DNA from: Candidatus Thalassarchaeaceae archaeon | GTDB taxonomy: Archaea; Thermoplasmatota; Poseidoniia; Poseidoniales; Thalassarchaeaceae | DNA length: 32,000 nucleotides | Reading direction: 5' to 3' | Assembly (NCBI GenBank): GCA_045568075.1 | Contig: JBJLBP010000001.1 | Location: 30,001 to 62,000, forward strand | Part shown: positions 9,301-17,191 of the stretch, in pieces | How the letters are laid out: every line of letters begins with the position of its first letter | Numbering within the stretch: the first letter of the stretch is position 1 | Notes under the pieces: model-generated | What the model was told of the DNA's origin: nothing | The model's database searches: none | Seen by the model: the letters and a program-made list of their open reading frames with translations, nothing else | Made by a program: the position numbers and the translations under genes

Positions 9301-11893
9301 GGGTGTCATCGCCGGCTGTCCAAGTCTCAATGACCGAGAAATTGTCCATGTTGACTATGCCTGCACCCGAATTGCCTCCTGTATAGGCGCGATCTGGAGC
9401 GAGCATCTCAATTGTGTATACGAAGCGACTTTCCAAACCATCCTGAGAGCTGACACAATCTTGGAATTGATACTGCCAATTCCACTTACAGGCTCCGCGA
9501 TTGGTTCCTGCGTACATTCCGTCACCATCGCTCGTGACGTCGTAGAAAACGGAAGGCCGATTCCACCAAGATCCACTACTAGTCATCGTCGTCCAAGAGT
9601 TACCGTCGTATCTTGAGAAAGCACCCTCTGTGCCAACTAGAAGGCCGCCGTAATCGTCCATCTCGAGAGATAGAACATCGTCATCAGGGAGAGTATTTGC
9701 ATCCTGAGTCCAATACTCAGAGATATCTCCAGTCAGCCTGTCAACAACGAGAATTCCAAATTCGTAGAGACCAATGTAGACGACCTCGCCGTCGACCGCC
9801 ACAGGGGTTGCATCGAGGTCATCGGCACCGAGTGATTGCCATGAGCCCATGATTGTCGAGGTCGAGAGTTCGACGCGCATCACGCCCGCGTCTGGAGTCG
9901 CGATGTATGCGATTCCATAGCGCGCCGCCACCGAGTTCACGAAGTCAGAATCGAGGCCATCAGAAGTCGTCAGAGTGTCGACTAGAGTCATCTGATTAGT
10001 ATCAATGATAGAGATTCCAGATTCGCTATGGCCAACCACGAGATAGCCAGTTGAGGTATCGAAAGCGAGTGAAGTGGCTTGGTTAGAACTCAGTCCTGAT
10101 ACCGTGCCGATGTAGGAGCCATCGGTATTGTCGAGGCGCAGCACCCCAGCATTCGTTGTTCCAACCCAAACCTTGTCGTTGCCATCCTGAATGATTGAGA
10201 TAATCTGCCCGGGGCTACCAACGTAATCCCTGATATCAATCGGTGACTTCCAAATCTGGTCCGATTCGTCAAAGCGATCGATGATCTTGTTACTAGCAAT
10301 CCAGATTTCTCCCATCTCTCCATCCTCGATGTGAGATACGACCGTCATCCCGTCTGTAGATGGGCTACTGACCAAAGTCAGGGTGCCGGCAGGCGTCTCG
10401 CCAACCAACATGCCAAGCGTACCCGAACCATCGCTGAATAATGCGGTCGGGGAGTTAGGGCCGCGACCGGCGTGCGCCGGCCATGGAATCGCCATCGCTC
10501 CATTTTCATACAGACCGAGATCTGTCAATTGATTCTGCGAGCGGAAGATGAGCGAATTCGTGTCGTAGGCGTGTACCACGGCACCAGCGAGAATGTGGAG
10601 CCAACCATCAGTGACCGACAGTCCGTGGACTTGGTTTGAAGAGAGCCAATTGCTCGTCGACCAAGTCACCATCCAAGATTGAGAGGCGAGATCGCGACGA
10701 TTGATTCCAGAGTCATAAGTAGCGATAAGGAGATGATTACCAACCACTGCTAAGTCGGTGATGAAGTTGGAAGAAAGGAAGTTCTGGGTATTCCACACCG
10801 TGTGTGAATCAATTGTTACAGAGACACTCCCTGAGGAAGAACTCGTAGTGAAATCGAGAAGGTGGACTCCAGCGGTGCTCGTGGCGAGATGGACTCTATC
10901 GCCGATGATTAGAATGTCAGAGGGTGTCTCGATATTCAGAGTCTGACAATAATCGTACTCTGTCCAATCATTGGCACTCATAGTCCTGTAATGCACAGTG
11001 CAGAATCCAGCAGCCCAGATGGTCCCATAATCATCGACGGCAATAGCGTGGATACCAGAATCATCTGAGTCATCGCCAATCAACAAATCAGGAAGCATCG
11101 ACGAATCTGAGAAGCTACGAGAAAGTACCGATCCATTTTCTGTGCCAATCAGCAACCTGCCGGCGTCTTCGTCGATTCCCAGCGATCTGCCCATAATTCC
11201 TACTTCGATATCGACGATTGGTTTCTGAGCCCGAGCGTCGAGATGGAGTAGATCATCATCAAGAAGAATGTACAATCGGCCGTCGACCGGATTTACGGCG
11301 CTGTCGTGGATCTCAACATCCTGCACCGAAAACGAAATCTTCGGGTCGGCAGGTCGCAACGCCTCGATCACCATGTCTGTCAAAGAAACGCCTGCAGGTA
11401 ATTCCCACGAGGCGTCAGAGATTGAATTGGGACGCAAATGAGTATCTAAAGTTCCATTGAGAACGGTCGGTGGATTATTTTCCATCTCGTCCTGCCTACC
11501 AAGATCACCGTATCCTCGCCAGTCGAGGATCGGTGTTTGAGTATCCATCAATGTCAGTTGAGGCTCATTCGCCCAATAGCCAGCTGAACCATTGACTGAA
11601 ATCTCGAATGTCAAATTAGAGATTTCTGCACCGGGAGCGAACGGCAGAAACAAATCGCTGTAAGCATAGGTTCCATTCGCCGGATCTGCTCCCGTCGCAA
11701 CAAGATCAATCCAACCTGTATCATTACTCCCCGAGGCGCCCCAAGCGGTCTGAACAACCTGCCTCGAATCCTGCTCAGAAACCAGCTCGTCAGCACCAGA
11801 ATAGGCTGACCAGGGCAGCATTACCATCAGCATGGCGAGTAGCAGAGCAGACCTCCGCTTCCTCTGCATCGGCTGACGAAAAGACATGGGCAC
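3308..11893 (-). CDS. giant (2861 aa) type-I membrane-anchored surface protein: signal peptide, multi-beta-propeller-like region, six FN3-like modules, one TM helix, acidic cytoplasmic tail
   Basis: A single uninterrupted 8.6-kb ORF. The track start is GTG at 11893, with an ATG two codons later at 11887. See the sub-features below. No catalytic motif was recognised. Confidence 0.9.
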   Translation of the reverse strand: MPMSFRQPMQRKRRSALLLAMLMVMLPWSAYSGADELVSEQDSRQVVQTAWGASGSNDTGWIDLVATGADPANGTYAYSDLFLPFAPGAEISNLTFEISVNGSAGYWANEPQLTLMDTQTPILDWRGYGDLGRQDEMENNPPTVLNGTLDTHLRPNSISDASWELPAGVSLTDMVIEALRPADPKISFSVQDVEIHDSAVNPVDGRLYILLDDDLLHLDARAQKPIVDIEVGIMGRSLGIDEDAGRLLIGTENGSVLSRSFSDSSMLPDLLIGDDSDDSGIHAIAVDDYGTIWAAGFCTVHYRTMSANDWTEYDYCQTLNIETPSDILIIGDRVHLATSTAGVHLLDFTTSSSSGSVSVTIDSHTVWNTQNFLSSNFITDLAVVGNHLLIATYDSGINRRDLASQSWMVTWSTSNWLSSNQVHGLSVTDGWLHILAGAVVHAYDTNSLIFRSQNQLTDLGLYENGAMAIPWPAHAGRGPNSPTALFSDGSGTLGMLVGETPAGTLTLVSSPSTDGMTVVSHIEDGEMGEIWIASNKIIDRFDESDQIWKSPIDIRDYVGSPGQIISIIQDGNDKVWVGTTNAGVLRLDNTDGSYIGTVSGLSSNQATSLAFDTSTGYLVVGHSESGISIIDTNQMTLVDTLTTSDGLDSDFVNSVAARYGIAYIATPDAGVMRVELSTSTIMGSWQSLGADDLDATPVAVDGEVVYIGLYEFGILVVDRLTGDISEYWTQDANTLPDDDVLSLEMDDYGGLLVGTEGAFSRYDGNSWTTMTSSGSWWNRPSVFYDVTSDGDGMYAGTNRGACKWNWQYQFQDCVSSQDGLESRFVYTIEMLAPDRAYTGGNSGAGIVNMDNFSVIETWTAGDDTQRSRTVKIDDILYLGFENTGIARYDLTNSEWLTTWDGTQGYIDDDDVTALVPGNESGTMWAGGDFGLTLIDVVNDDVLISWNRGSNANGPTLSNSPPADIIIHDGILHYSLQRANGWWSQSDEIYRIEISSNSSLSTIDAGAQAGWAGVVYGIGTVGEQLWVGVRPTQYWNDGDGTIVRWNMTNETWEEDLPTIGNVLRVNARFLGECFPMNTTSCELWVAYGDYIIRRFNAASMTLLNEWTDIEGPIRGMEEFEGEYLFASMNGILRWDPVNATWLDSWTPGDGLPSDSEEEFYTMAIIDDDLWLGSLESGGWNAGSQIMRKNGTNGNWSSWDLGTGDIPDGYPAEIKLCDDIVHVAIGARFWWGNQGGIARYDMADHDNDQLTNEWISAMTSGTSGLSDNDPRAMACDESNRILYVGFDTEGVGFDRYNYNTDNYLSTLTAADGIGEDRIFPGGMLHENNVLLAGHQYDGEGGVSRIVTSGTATANGQVLDPGMDGCSIERAPSNSGQTVYAIGRSGQTTGMNRVDRLDNSGLIASGYDELAGLSSGRVLEIISNSTHVWVTSALSVNSYYGSSILQGEILANGSVRWEFGYNFQNDVVNDMMLDGETLWVTTAGRGLKAIDLQQRRITSTPPALHTQMDGMILENGTIYVGLMGNQGSAAGFQTYNIGNNQWGHGSLIAGLPSNLVRDFIEYGDHIMIATHGGIGMYNTTRDDWDDPITTIDGLPSPIITHLHALNTTIQGGGSLLAGGAAGLTVLHQTNLTVLNTLGFNNGLMGNTVSGIVDAGPVSRVVQNPDGTNTTLYHDAAIFISHNGQGPTRPGVAAWDLMTDMANGSYNIDMIPSNDVRAIATDDWGVHIATDVEPLVHWNGSKMKMETGVGQGSLLSWPPFQLHSDGQNIVAMSPRGLDVVDVDGNHNVVTSRIATGLQGGYVDFSGFYAVGSDGLHVYSPVVSLQEMSREHQRRANPLTVLYGGRTWDITDTTHPGMSTILVTPDDPIEIPQTSDIAAPSRLPMHVGAMTMTAPQGGSWVWARSSALNYTGTWDMAAANGGIQQAFQSAISAVGPGSSSAYLHLQLQSPEDGAIQVRITYDWERVEVPTVIVGLEDRPNDGGGVIEASWLPAEDAAWHAYRLYVWDSTADPLWEPEQRNLQDFSTYIRSNFWSRTNATVTQADNAGVTEALRDDRQYRAAIVIEYADGSLGVPMTYPLNVTPTDEVPAAPEWFSATPVSGGAAGTLVLEWAACTELDPDRTRIWAVQQEITTAIGLTDPLDFPWSTGNTTVLQLEGGVPYWFAAVCVDEAGQSSIDNATIIGPVVTAGGLDDGIPPAPITGTTAEDVPNDEGGRINVTWDANTEEDCTYYAIYALPASGWSPPSTVDGWPVSDYTVDCETTSIIIDSLGESGLIDDTVYWIGVVAFDDWGNADVDNVYIVDATPMANLGGPGSAPDRVTGLNAWDHSDDDGTAIDIRWNRSAAEDFSFYTIWVSEYPLVNVTAIWDSCEGMTYSCGLITIDQRQFGANFQLEFTAERALYGNSLDTLEVRQIESMIPLYVTVTIHDVSGNVHLSGLSDHMVLVTPIDNRGDISPPDRLQPPVLSDRPGDAGDAMFVEFIESDASDIAEYWIYAVIDTPVLLERIDDLQPALVVDREQYLPVLLTEFSAYGEDQATPLVPNRRIYVTVVAVDSSGNAWTDNLASAWIELSDELSADPCPECPDVSGMRANWNAAGSLIEVNWDNTEDPMYGSFYAYVSTESFDDTRNATLVKAGMRDTILILNEFDGEPVDREATYWIEIVTWNGQVHTYHADPTEVLPWEESSFGTTQPGDDSAGEPWIDRILAGEMNAVVIAFSVVMLLIGALLFIKPREDSAPAPWEMGALEVELEEQIEREAAGLTGDEDFGLDDLEIDEGLVSGARRKDGATSDSDESDYTATSASAGAATEEDLGPAPAPDTGVMDELLGDDDENLDLDDLDDLADDLENMADELDDDEDLDTSFLDEML
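3311..3724 (-). other. 138-aa highly acidic, low-complexity predicted cytoplasmic tail
   Basis: Contains ..EVELEEQIEREAAGLTGDEDFGLDDLEIDEGL..DSDESDY..MDELLGDDDENLDLDDLDDLADDLENMADELDDDEDLDTSFLDEML. Rich in D/E/L with repeated D-D-L / D-E-L units. Confidence 0.7.
3725..3781 (-). other. single C-terminal transmembrane helix of the giant protein (aa 2705-2723)
   Basis: AVVIAFSVVMLLIGALLFI followed by KPRED. It is the only strongly hydrophobic segment after the signal peptide. Confidence 0.8.
3854..6016 (-). repeat. six tandem FN3-like modules (protein-level repeats, about 110-140 aa period)
   Basis: Strand-B/C signatures: IEASWLPAEDAAWHAYRLYVW, LVLEWAACTELDPDRTRIWAV, INVTWDANTEEDCTYYAIYA, IDIRWNRSAAEDFSFYTIWV, MFVEFIESDASDIAEYWIYAV, IEVNWDNTEDPMYGSFYAYV. 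Each is followed by a strand-F/G signature: YRAAIVIEYADGS, YWFAAVCVDEAGQSS, YWIGVVAFDDWGNAD, LYVTVTIHDVSGNVH, IYVTVVAVDSSGNAW, YWIEIVTWNGQVH. Confidence 0.6.
6040..11775 (-). repeat. about 1900-aa region of beta-propeller blade-like repeats (Reg_prop / two-component-regulator-propeller-like), protein level
   Basis: Recurring blade signatures: DDYGTIWAAG, DGNDKVWVGTTNAGVLRLD, DDYGGLLVGTEGAFSRYDG, DGDGMYAGTNRGACKW, GTMWAGGDFGLTLID, GEQLWVGV, DDDLWLGSLESGGW, GETLWVTTAGRGLKAIDL, NGTIYVGLMG, GDHIMIATHGGIGMYN. Boundaries are approximate and the fold assignment is by motif only. Confidence 0.5.
11795..11893 (-). other. predicted Sec signal peptide of the giant protein (aa 1-33)
   Basis: MPMSFRQPMQRKRRSALLLAMLMVMLPWSAYSGA has a basic n-region, a hydrophobic core and a small-residue A-Y-S/G-A cleavage-like site. 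Confidence 0.7.
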
Positions 11894-11953
11894 GAACCAT
11901 TGGCCTGCTTGTTCCCATTATGAAAGGCATGGGTTGGTGATTTTGTCTTGAGT

Positions 11954-11972
11954 CTCCCTCTATAGGAGGGAG
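11954..11972. promoter_or_regulatory. perfect 7-bp inverted repeat CTCCCTC-TATAG-GAGGGAG in the divergent intergenic region between the giant gene and maeB
   Basis: Read directly from the sequence and cross-checked against the frame of the overlapping track ORF 11790..12158. Function unknown; it could be a transcription-factor site or an RNA hairpin. Confidence 0.35.
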
Positions 11973-12004
11973 GGAAGAGATAGAGAAGCGCTGTCCTGCG
12001 GGCT

Positions 12005-12014
12005 GATAATTATC
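12005..12014 (+). promoter_or_regulatory. AT-rich 10-bp palindrome GATAATTATC, candidate TATA box for maeB
   Basis: It is the only AT-rich patch upstream of maeB, about 63 nt before the ATG at 12077. A GAGGG SD-like element lies about 7 nt before the ATG, so a leader of roughly 35 nt is plausible. Confidence 0.3.
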
Positions 12015-12076
12015 TCGAAGACAGGAGGATAGCATCAAAGAGGAGGGGGTGGCCCGAAAAACCTCGAGGGTTTGAC

Positions 12077-14359
12077 ATGACTGACGACCGTCTGCGCAAG
12101 GAAGCTCTCGATTACCATGCAGCTGCCCCTGCTGGGAAGATCCGCGTCGAACCGACAAAACCTCACGGAACCGCTCGAGAATTGTCCTTGGCTTACTCTC
12201 CGGGCGTTGCCTATCCTTGTGAGGAAATTGCGGCGAATCCCGATGACGCTTACAAGTACACTTCGAAGGGTAATTTGGTGGCCGTCATCAGCAATGGTAC
12301 CGCTGTTCTTGGCTTGGGTGATATCGGTGCCCTTGCTGGCAAACCTGTGATGGAAGGAAAGGGTCTGTTGTTCAAGGCATTCGCTGATATCGATGTGTTT
12401 GATATCGAGGTTGACCGAATTGATGTCGATGAATTCGTTGAGGCGGTCAAAGCAATTGCTCCGACCTTTGGTGGAATCAACCTCGAGGACATCAAGGCGC
12501 CTGAGTGCTTTGAGATCGAGCGCAGGCTGGTTTCTGAGCTCGATATTCCTGTGATGCACGATGATCAACACGGTACCGCAATTATCTCAGGTGCTGCGCT
12601 CCTCAATGCACTGGAGATTGTTGAGAAAGAAGCCTCAGCAGTCAAGGTAGTGATTTCTGGCGCTGGAGCGAGTGCGATATCGTGTGCTACGCATTATCTG
12701 CGTCTCGGTGTTGCTCCTGAGAATTTACTGATGTGTGATTCAAAGGGGATTCTGACTAAGACGCGTGAGGCTGCTGGCGAATTGAACGAGTACAAGGCAA
12801 ATTTCGCCCGAGATGTTCCTGACGGTGGTTTGGCTGAGGCTATGGTCGATGCTGATGTCTTCTTGGGATTGTCACGCGGCGGATTGGTATCTGGTGAGAT
12901 GGTTGCAAGCATGGCTGAGCGCCCACTGATCTTTGCTCTTGCAAATCCCGATCCAGAGATTCTTCCTTCTGAGGTTCTAGCGGTGCGAGATGATGCAATT
13001 ACTGCAACTGGACGTTCCGATTTCGCAAATCAGATCAACAATGTTCTCGGATTCCCATACATCTTCCGCGGCGCTCTCGATGTACGTGCTACTGAGATTA
13101 CTGAAGGCATGAAAATGGCAGCGACGAAGGCTCTCGCAGAATTGGCGAAGGAGCCGGTTCCTGATGACGTCGCTGCGGCTTACGGGGGCGAGCAGATGCA
13201 GTTCGGCCCAGAATATCTGATTCCAAAGCCATTCGATGCTCGCGTTCTCATCTGGGAGGCGAGTGCTGTTGCCGAGGCAGCAGTTAACGAAGGCGTTGCT
13301 CACATCGGAGCAGATGAATTCGACGTTGAGAATTACAAGGAGACGCTTGAGGCTCGACTAGGATTGACTCGCTCGATTATGCGTAACGTCATCAATCGAG
13401 CAAAGCGTGATAGAAAGCGAATCGTCTTCTCAGAAGGAGATGAGCCTACTATCATCAAGGCGGCGGCACAATGTATCGCTGAGGGAATCTGTGATCCAAT
13501 CCTACTTGGACACCCCGAGCGTATTGAGGCGGTGAAGGAAGAGCACGGACTGAACTTCGAATGCGAGACTATTGATGTTCGATACGACCCTCGTAGGCGT
13601 GGTGATTATGCCGATGAATTCCACAAGTTACGCGGACGCAAGGGCGTCACGCGGCGCGACGCTGTTAGCCTGCTCAAGTCGCCGAATTATTTTGGACCGA
13701 TGATGGTGCACTGCGGCGATGCTGACGGTTATCTCGGTGGCATCGCCCACCAATATCCAGACATCGTCAAGCCATGTCTGCAAACCATCGGACCCGACCC
13801 CTCTGCACATCGCATTGTTGGGCTCTACATGATGACCGTAAATGGTCAATTGATGTTCATCGCTGATGCGACGATCAATATCTATCCTGATTCGCGCACA
13901 CTCGCTGAAATCGCTGTACAGACCGCTCGCGTTGCACGCCGGTTCGGAGTAAAACCGAAGGTAGCGATGCTCTCCTTCTCTAATTTCGGCACCTCTGGAG
14001 AATTGCGCACCGACCGAATCGAAGAAGCAATCTCGATGGCCCGTGAGCTGGATAATGATTTGATCATCGACGGGCCGATGCAGGCGGATACTGCACTGGT
14101 TCCTGACCGCCAGAAGGAATTCCCATTCATGGAGTTCGAAGGCTCAGCAAATGTTCTCGTCTGTCCGAATCTCGCTTCCGCGAATATAGCATACAAATTG
14201 CTTCAGCGAATCGCTGGAGCTGAGATGACTGGACCAATTCTCGAAGGGCTTGCAAAGCCGGCACACGTGCTGCAGCGCGGTGACTCGGTACGCCAGGTGG
14301 TTCACATGGCTGCGATTACGGCCGTTGATGCGCAGCGACACGCTCAGCAGCGACTGTGA
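12077..14359 (+). CDS. maeB: NADP-dependent malic enzyme, MaeB type (malic enzyme domain plus C-terminal phosphate-acetyltransferase-like domain)
   Basis: 760 aa. Motifs: [61 protein letters not shown], Rossmann [11 protein letters not shown]. The C-terminal ~330 aa are PTA-like ([10 protein letters not shown].., [19 protein letters not shown]). Confidence 0.95.
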   Translation: MTDDRLRKEALDYHAAAPAGKIRVEPTKPHGTARELSLAYSPGVAYPCEEIAANPDDAYKYTSKGNLVAVISNGTAVLGLGDIGALAGKPVMEGKGLLFKAFADIDVFDIEVDRIDVDEFVEAVKAIAPTFGGINLEDIKAPECFEIERRLVSELDIPVMHDDQHGTAIISGAALLNALEIVEKEASAVKVVISGAGASAISCATHYLRLGVAPENLLMCDSKGILTKTREAAGELNEYKANFARDVPDGGLAEAMVDADVFLGLSRGGLVSGEMVASMAERPLIFALANPDPEILPSEVLAVRDDAITATGRSDFANQINNVLGFPYIFRGALDVRATEITEGMKMAATKALAELAKEPVPDDVAAAYGGEQMQFGPEYLIPKPFDARVLIWEASAVAEAAVNEGVAHIGADEFDVENYKETLEARLGLTRSIMRNVINRAKRDRKRIVFSEGDEPTIIKAAAQCIAEGICDPILLGHPERIEAVKEEHGLNFECETIDVRYDPRRRGDYADEFHKLRGRKGVTRRDAVSLLKSPNYFGPMMVHCGDADGYLGGIAHQYPDIVKPCLQTIGPDPSAHRIVGLYMMTVNGQLMFIADATINIYPDSRTLAEIAVQTARVARRFGVKPKVAMLSFSNFGTSGELRTDRIEEAISMARELDNDLIIDGPMQADTALVPDRQKEFPFMEFEGSANVLVCPNLASANIAYKLLQRIAGAEMTGPILEGLAKPAHVLQRGDSVRQVVHMAAITAVDAQRHAQQRL

Positions 14360-14430
14360 TCTCGCTTGACTGCAATCAGTAGAATCTCTGCGTCAATATA
14401 CAGAGTGAAATTTGAAAGTCACGTAGAAAT

Positions 14431-15384
14431 TTAATTTTTGTAAATTCGTTCTTTCAGGTCGTTGTGATAATGACGTCCAATCTCAGGCCCTCGACGCTCC
14501 ATCCATTCGCTGAAGCGAATGGTTCCGAGTGGCTCCTCATCTGAAGAAACAAGACCGCGCATCAACCCCTTGATTTCAGCGCGGGTGATCACCATATCGC
14601 GCACGAATACCCCCATGACCTGTCCCGCCATCCAGGCTAGAAGTGGAGGCATGGGTAGAATCAGGCGGCGAACCCCGATGCTTCTGGCAATGAGTCGAAC
14701 GAAATCTCGGTAGAGATAGGTCTCAGGTCCTGCCGCATCGCGCGTGATGTTTTCTTCACCCGCGCCTAAATCGATTGAAATCCGCGCTACATCACGAACA
14801 TGAACTGGTTGAATGGGATATTTTCCGAAGCCAAATACTCCGAATATCGGTATGTATCTTAGCATCCAAGCGATGTTGTTTACGAGCACGTTGCGCCCAC
14901 CTCCAAACAGGACTGTTGGGCGAACTATAGCGTAGGAGTGTCCCGATTCTCGCAGTATTCTTTCGCTCTCAACCTTGCCGCGAAAGTAGGACCATCCTGG
15001 TGCTTGGTCTGGGTTTGCTACGCTGAAATGGATGACCCGCCGAACACCAGCCTCTGCTGCAGCCTCAAACATCTTCGTACAATTCCTCACCGCGACGTCA
15101 TGATCGAATTTTCTTCCCTCGTCATTGTACCTTACCCAGTATGTATTGTACAACACATCTGCTCCGCGAAGCGACTCAACGAGCGAATCATGGTCATCGA
15201 AGTCTAGGGGATGAACCTCAACAGCACCATCGAATGGGTCGTCTCTGCCCACCGCATTAGTCAGGGTTCGAACGCGTTTACCTTCTGACAACAATTGGTG
15301 AGCAATCCATCTGCCAGTATAGCCGAATGCTCCAGTGACGACGTGTAATTCGTCTGCCGCTGGTATTGAGTCGTCGCTCATCAA
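14431..15384 (-). CDS. NAD(P)-binding atypical short-chain dehydrogenase / epimerase family protein (NmrA / NDUFA9-like)
   Basis: 317 aa. N-terminal Rossmann VVTGAFGYTGRWIAHQLL and a YxxxK-type motif SYFRGK. Substrate not inferable. Confidence 0.75.
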   Translation of the reverse strand: MMSDDSIPAADELHVVTGAFGYTGRWIAHQLLSEGKRVRTLTNAVGRDDPFDGAVEVHPLDFDDHDSLVESLRGADVLYNTYWVRYNDEGRKFDHDVAVRNCTKMFEAAAEAGVRRVIHFSVANPDQAPGWSYFRGKVESERILRESGHSYAIVRPTVLFGGGRNVLVNNIAWMLRYIPIFGVFGFGKYPIQPVHVRDVARISIDLGAGEENITRDAAGPETYLYRDFVRLIARSIGVRRLILPMPPLLAWMAGQVMGVFVRDMVITRAEIKGLMRGLVSSDEEPLGTIRFSEWMERRGPEIGRHYHNDLKERIYKN

Positions 15385-15464
15385 TCAGCGATTTTGCGCG
15401 TCTCTGAAATAGGCTTCGATAGCGGTGTATCTTACAGATTTGAATCCTGCAATCACCGCGATTC

Positions 15465-17081
15465 TCACTCAATGACTTGAGGGGCTGAGGAAAGGACCTC
15501 AGCAGAACACCCGGATTCGTATTGTTCAAAATTCTCGATGAACATTTGAGCCAGCAAATTCGCCACATTATCGTAACGAGTCTTGTCGGTCCAAGTATCG
15601 CGCGGCTGCATTATTTCGCTCGGAACACCCTCGCACTCAGTTGGAACGGAAAACCCGAAGCGCTCATCACGAACGAAGACGACATCGTCAAGATCGCCGC
15701 GCAATGCAGCATTCAGCAGCGCGCGCGTCCAGCGTATCTTGATTCGGCTGGATTCGCCGTAACCGCCGGCAATCCAGCCGGTGTTGATTAGCCAGCAGTT
15801 CGCATTCTGCTCGCTAATTTTGTTCGAAAGCAAGTCAGCGTACATGCTCGGATGACGCGGCATGAATGGCGCGCCGAAACATGTAGAGAAGGTCGCTTGA
15901 GGTTCTGTTACACCAATCTCAGTCCCAGCGACCTTCGCTGTATATCCTGACATGAAGTGGTAAGCTGCCTGTTCTGGCGTCAGACGAGAGAGCGGAGGTA
16001 GGACGCCGAAGGCATCGCAGGTCAGGAAAACAACATTCTTTGGATGACCTGCAGTAGAATCCTCAGTACGATTCTCAATCGCTTCAATAGGATACGAACC
16101 GCGTGTATTCTGAGTCAAGGTTCCATTATCGAAGTCGGGTACACCCGAGGCATCTAGAATGACATTCTCAAGGATAGTCCCTGGCATCCTTGTCGTAGCA
16201 AAAATCTCAGGCTCATCCACCTCAGACAATCCGATGAGCTTGGCATAGCACCCACCTTCGAAGTTGAATACTCCATCATCGGACCACCCATGCTCATCGT
16301 CACCAACCAAAGCCCTTTCAGGGTCTGCCGAGAGAGTTGTCTTTCCAGTCCCGGAGAGTCCGAAAAAGAGGGCTGCATCGGTGCCGTCAGTATTAGCTGA
16401 GCAGTGCATCGGCATGATTCCCTGTCCTGGAAGAATGTGATTCATAATTGTGAAAATCGCCTTCTTAATCTCGCCCGCGTAGTGGGTTCCACCGATGATT
16501 ACCAGGCCTCGGTCGAGAGCTAGAATGACGAAGACCTCCGAGTTTGTTCCATCGGTCTTCGGATCCGCGCGTAGCTCAGGCGCGTGTAGAATCGTGTATT
16601 GTGGAACGTGCTCGGTGAGATCGGCTGGATCGCTGCGAACGAACATATTGTGATAGAAAGCAGCGTGCCATGCCTTCTCGGTAACCAATCGCACAGGCAT
16701 GGCATAATTTGAATCTGCACCGCAGTGAGCATCCTTCACGAAAAGTTCGTCAGCCGCATCCAAGTGGGCTCTGACCTTCTCCAACAGCCCTTCGAAGACA
16801 TTGCGACTTGTCGGCTTGTTCACCTTACCCCACCAAACAAGGTCAGCTAGACCGGGTTCGTCGACGATGAATCGGTCGTTCGGCGAGCGTCCTGTGCGCT
16901 CGCCGGTAGTGGCGAGCAAGACATTGTGTGCGGTGAGTTGTGCTTCACCACGCTCTACGGCGCGCTCATGGAGCTCACTGGCATCGAGATTCCAATGTAC
17001 TGCGCCACTGGGATCGAGGCCATGAGACGCCAGCGTGGTCGCGAAGGAAGCCGGAGTGGACGAGCGGGAGGTGCTCTCCAT
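15465..17081 (-). CDS. pckA: phosphoenolpyruvate carboxykinase (ATP)
   Basis: Motifs: FFGLSGTGKTTLS, GDDEHGW, FNFEGGCYAK, VFLTCDAFGVLPP, HFMSGYTAK, NTGW. Collinear with E. coli PckA (from memory). The track ORF extends to 17165. I prefer the ATG at 17081 (MESTSRSS..), which gives 538 aa, because the 28-aa extension has no homologous counterpart. Confidence 0.95.
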   Translation of the reverse strand: MESTSRSSTPASFATTLASHGLDPSGAVHWNLDASELHERAVERGEAQLTAHNVLLATTGERTGRSPNDRFIVDEPGLADLVWWGKVNKPTSRNVFEGLLEKVRAHLDAADELFVKDAHCGADSNYAMPVRLVTEKAWHAAFYHNMFVRSDPADLTEHVPQYTILHAPELRADPKTDGTNSEVFVILALDRGLVIIGGTHYAGEIKKAIFTIMNHILPGQGIMPMHCSANTDGTDAALFFGLSGTGKTTLSADPERALVGDDEHGWSDDGVFNFEGGCYAKLIGLSEVDEPEIFATTRMPGTILENVILDASGVPDFDNGTLTQNTRGSYPIEAIENRTEDSTAGHPKNVVFLTCDAFGVLPPLSRLTPEQAAYHFMSGYTAKVAGTEIGVTEPQATFSTCFGAPFMPRHPSMYADLLSNKISEQNANCWLINTGWIAGGYGESSRIKIRWTRALLNAALRGDLDDVVFVRDERFGFSVPTECEGVPSEIMQPRDTWTDKTRYDNVANLLAQMFIENFEQYESGCSAEVLSSAPQVIE

Positions 17082-17191
17082 GATGACCGACGCTGACAAT
17101 TGGCTTTCAACTATTACGGATGCCTGCCAGTGCGAATCTCTCGCTAAACTCATGATCGCACGCATACATCGTTTGACTTGGCCCGACGGGG

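Noticed and set aside
3782-11794. About 33 N-x-S/T sequons counted by eye in the ectodomain of the giant protein, as possible evidence for heavy N-glycosylation.
   Set aside because: Given the length and the N, S and T content, that number is roughly what composition alone would produce. It is not evidence by itself.
12035-12571. 178-aa minus-strand ORF inside maeB.
   Set aside because: It is antisense to a strongly supported malic enzyme gene and has no recognisable motifs, so it is a shadow ORF. The same applies to 12250..12495, 12694..12912, 12977..13303 and 13882..14196.
14360-14440. Weak inverted repeat (TCTCTG..CAGAG around 14385-14405) and a T5 run (14435-14439) between convergent maeB and the SDR gene, as possible terminators.
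   Set aside because: The stem is only 5 bp with a 10-nt loop, and the T-run lies inside the SDR coding sequence. This is too weak to call, although oligo-T termination of maeB there remains possible.
17082-17165. 28-codon N-terminal extension of pckA in the track ORF.
   Set aside because: Alignment with ATP-PEPCK starts near the second candidate ATG (17081), which gives a typical ~538-aa protein. With the long forms of both divergent genes, only 26 bp would remain for two promoters.
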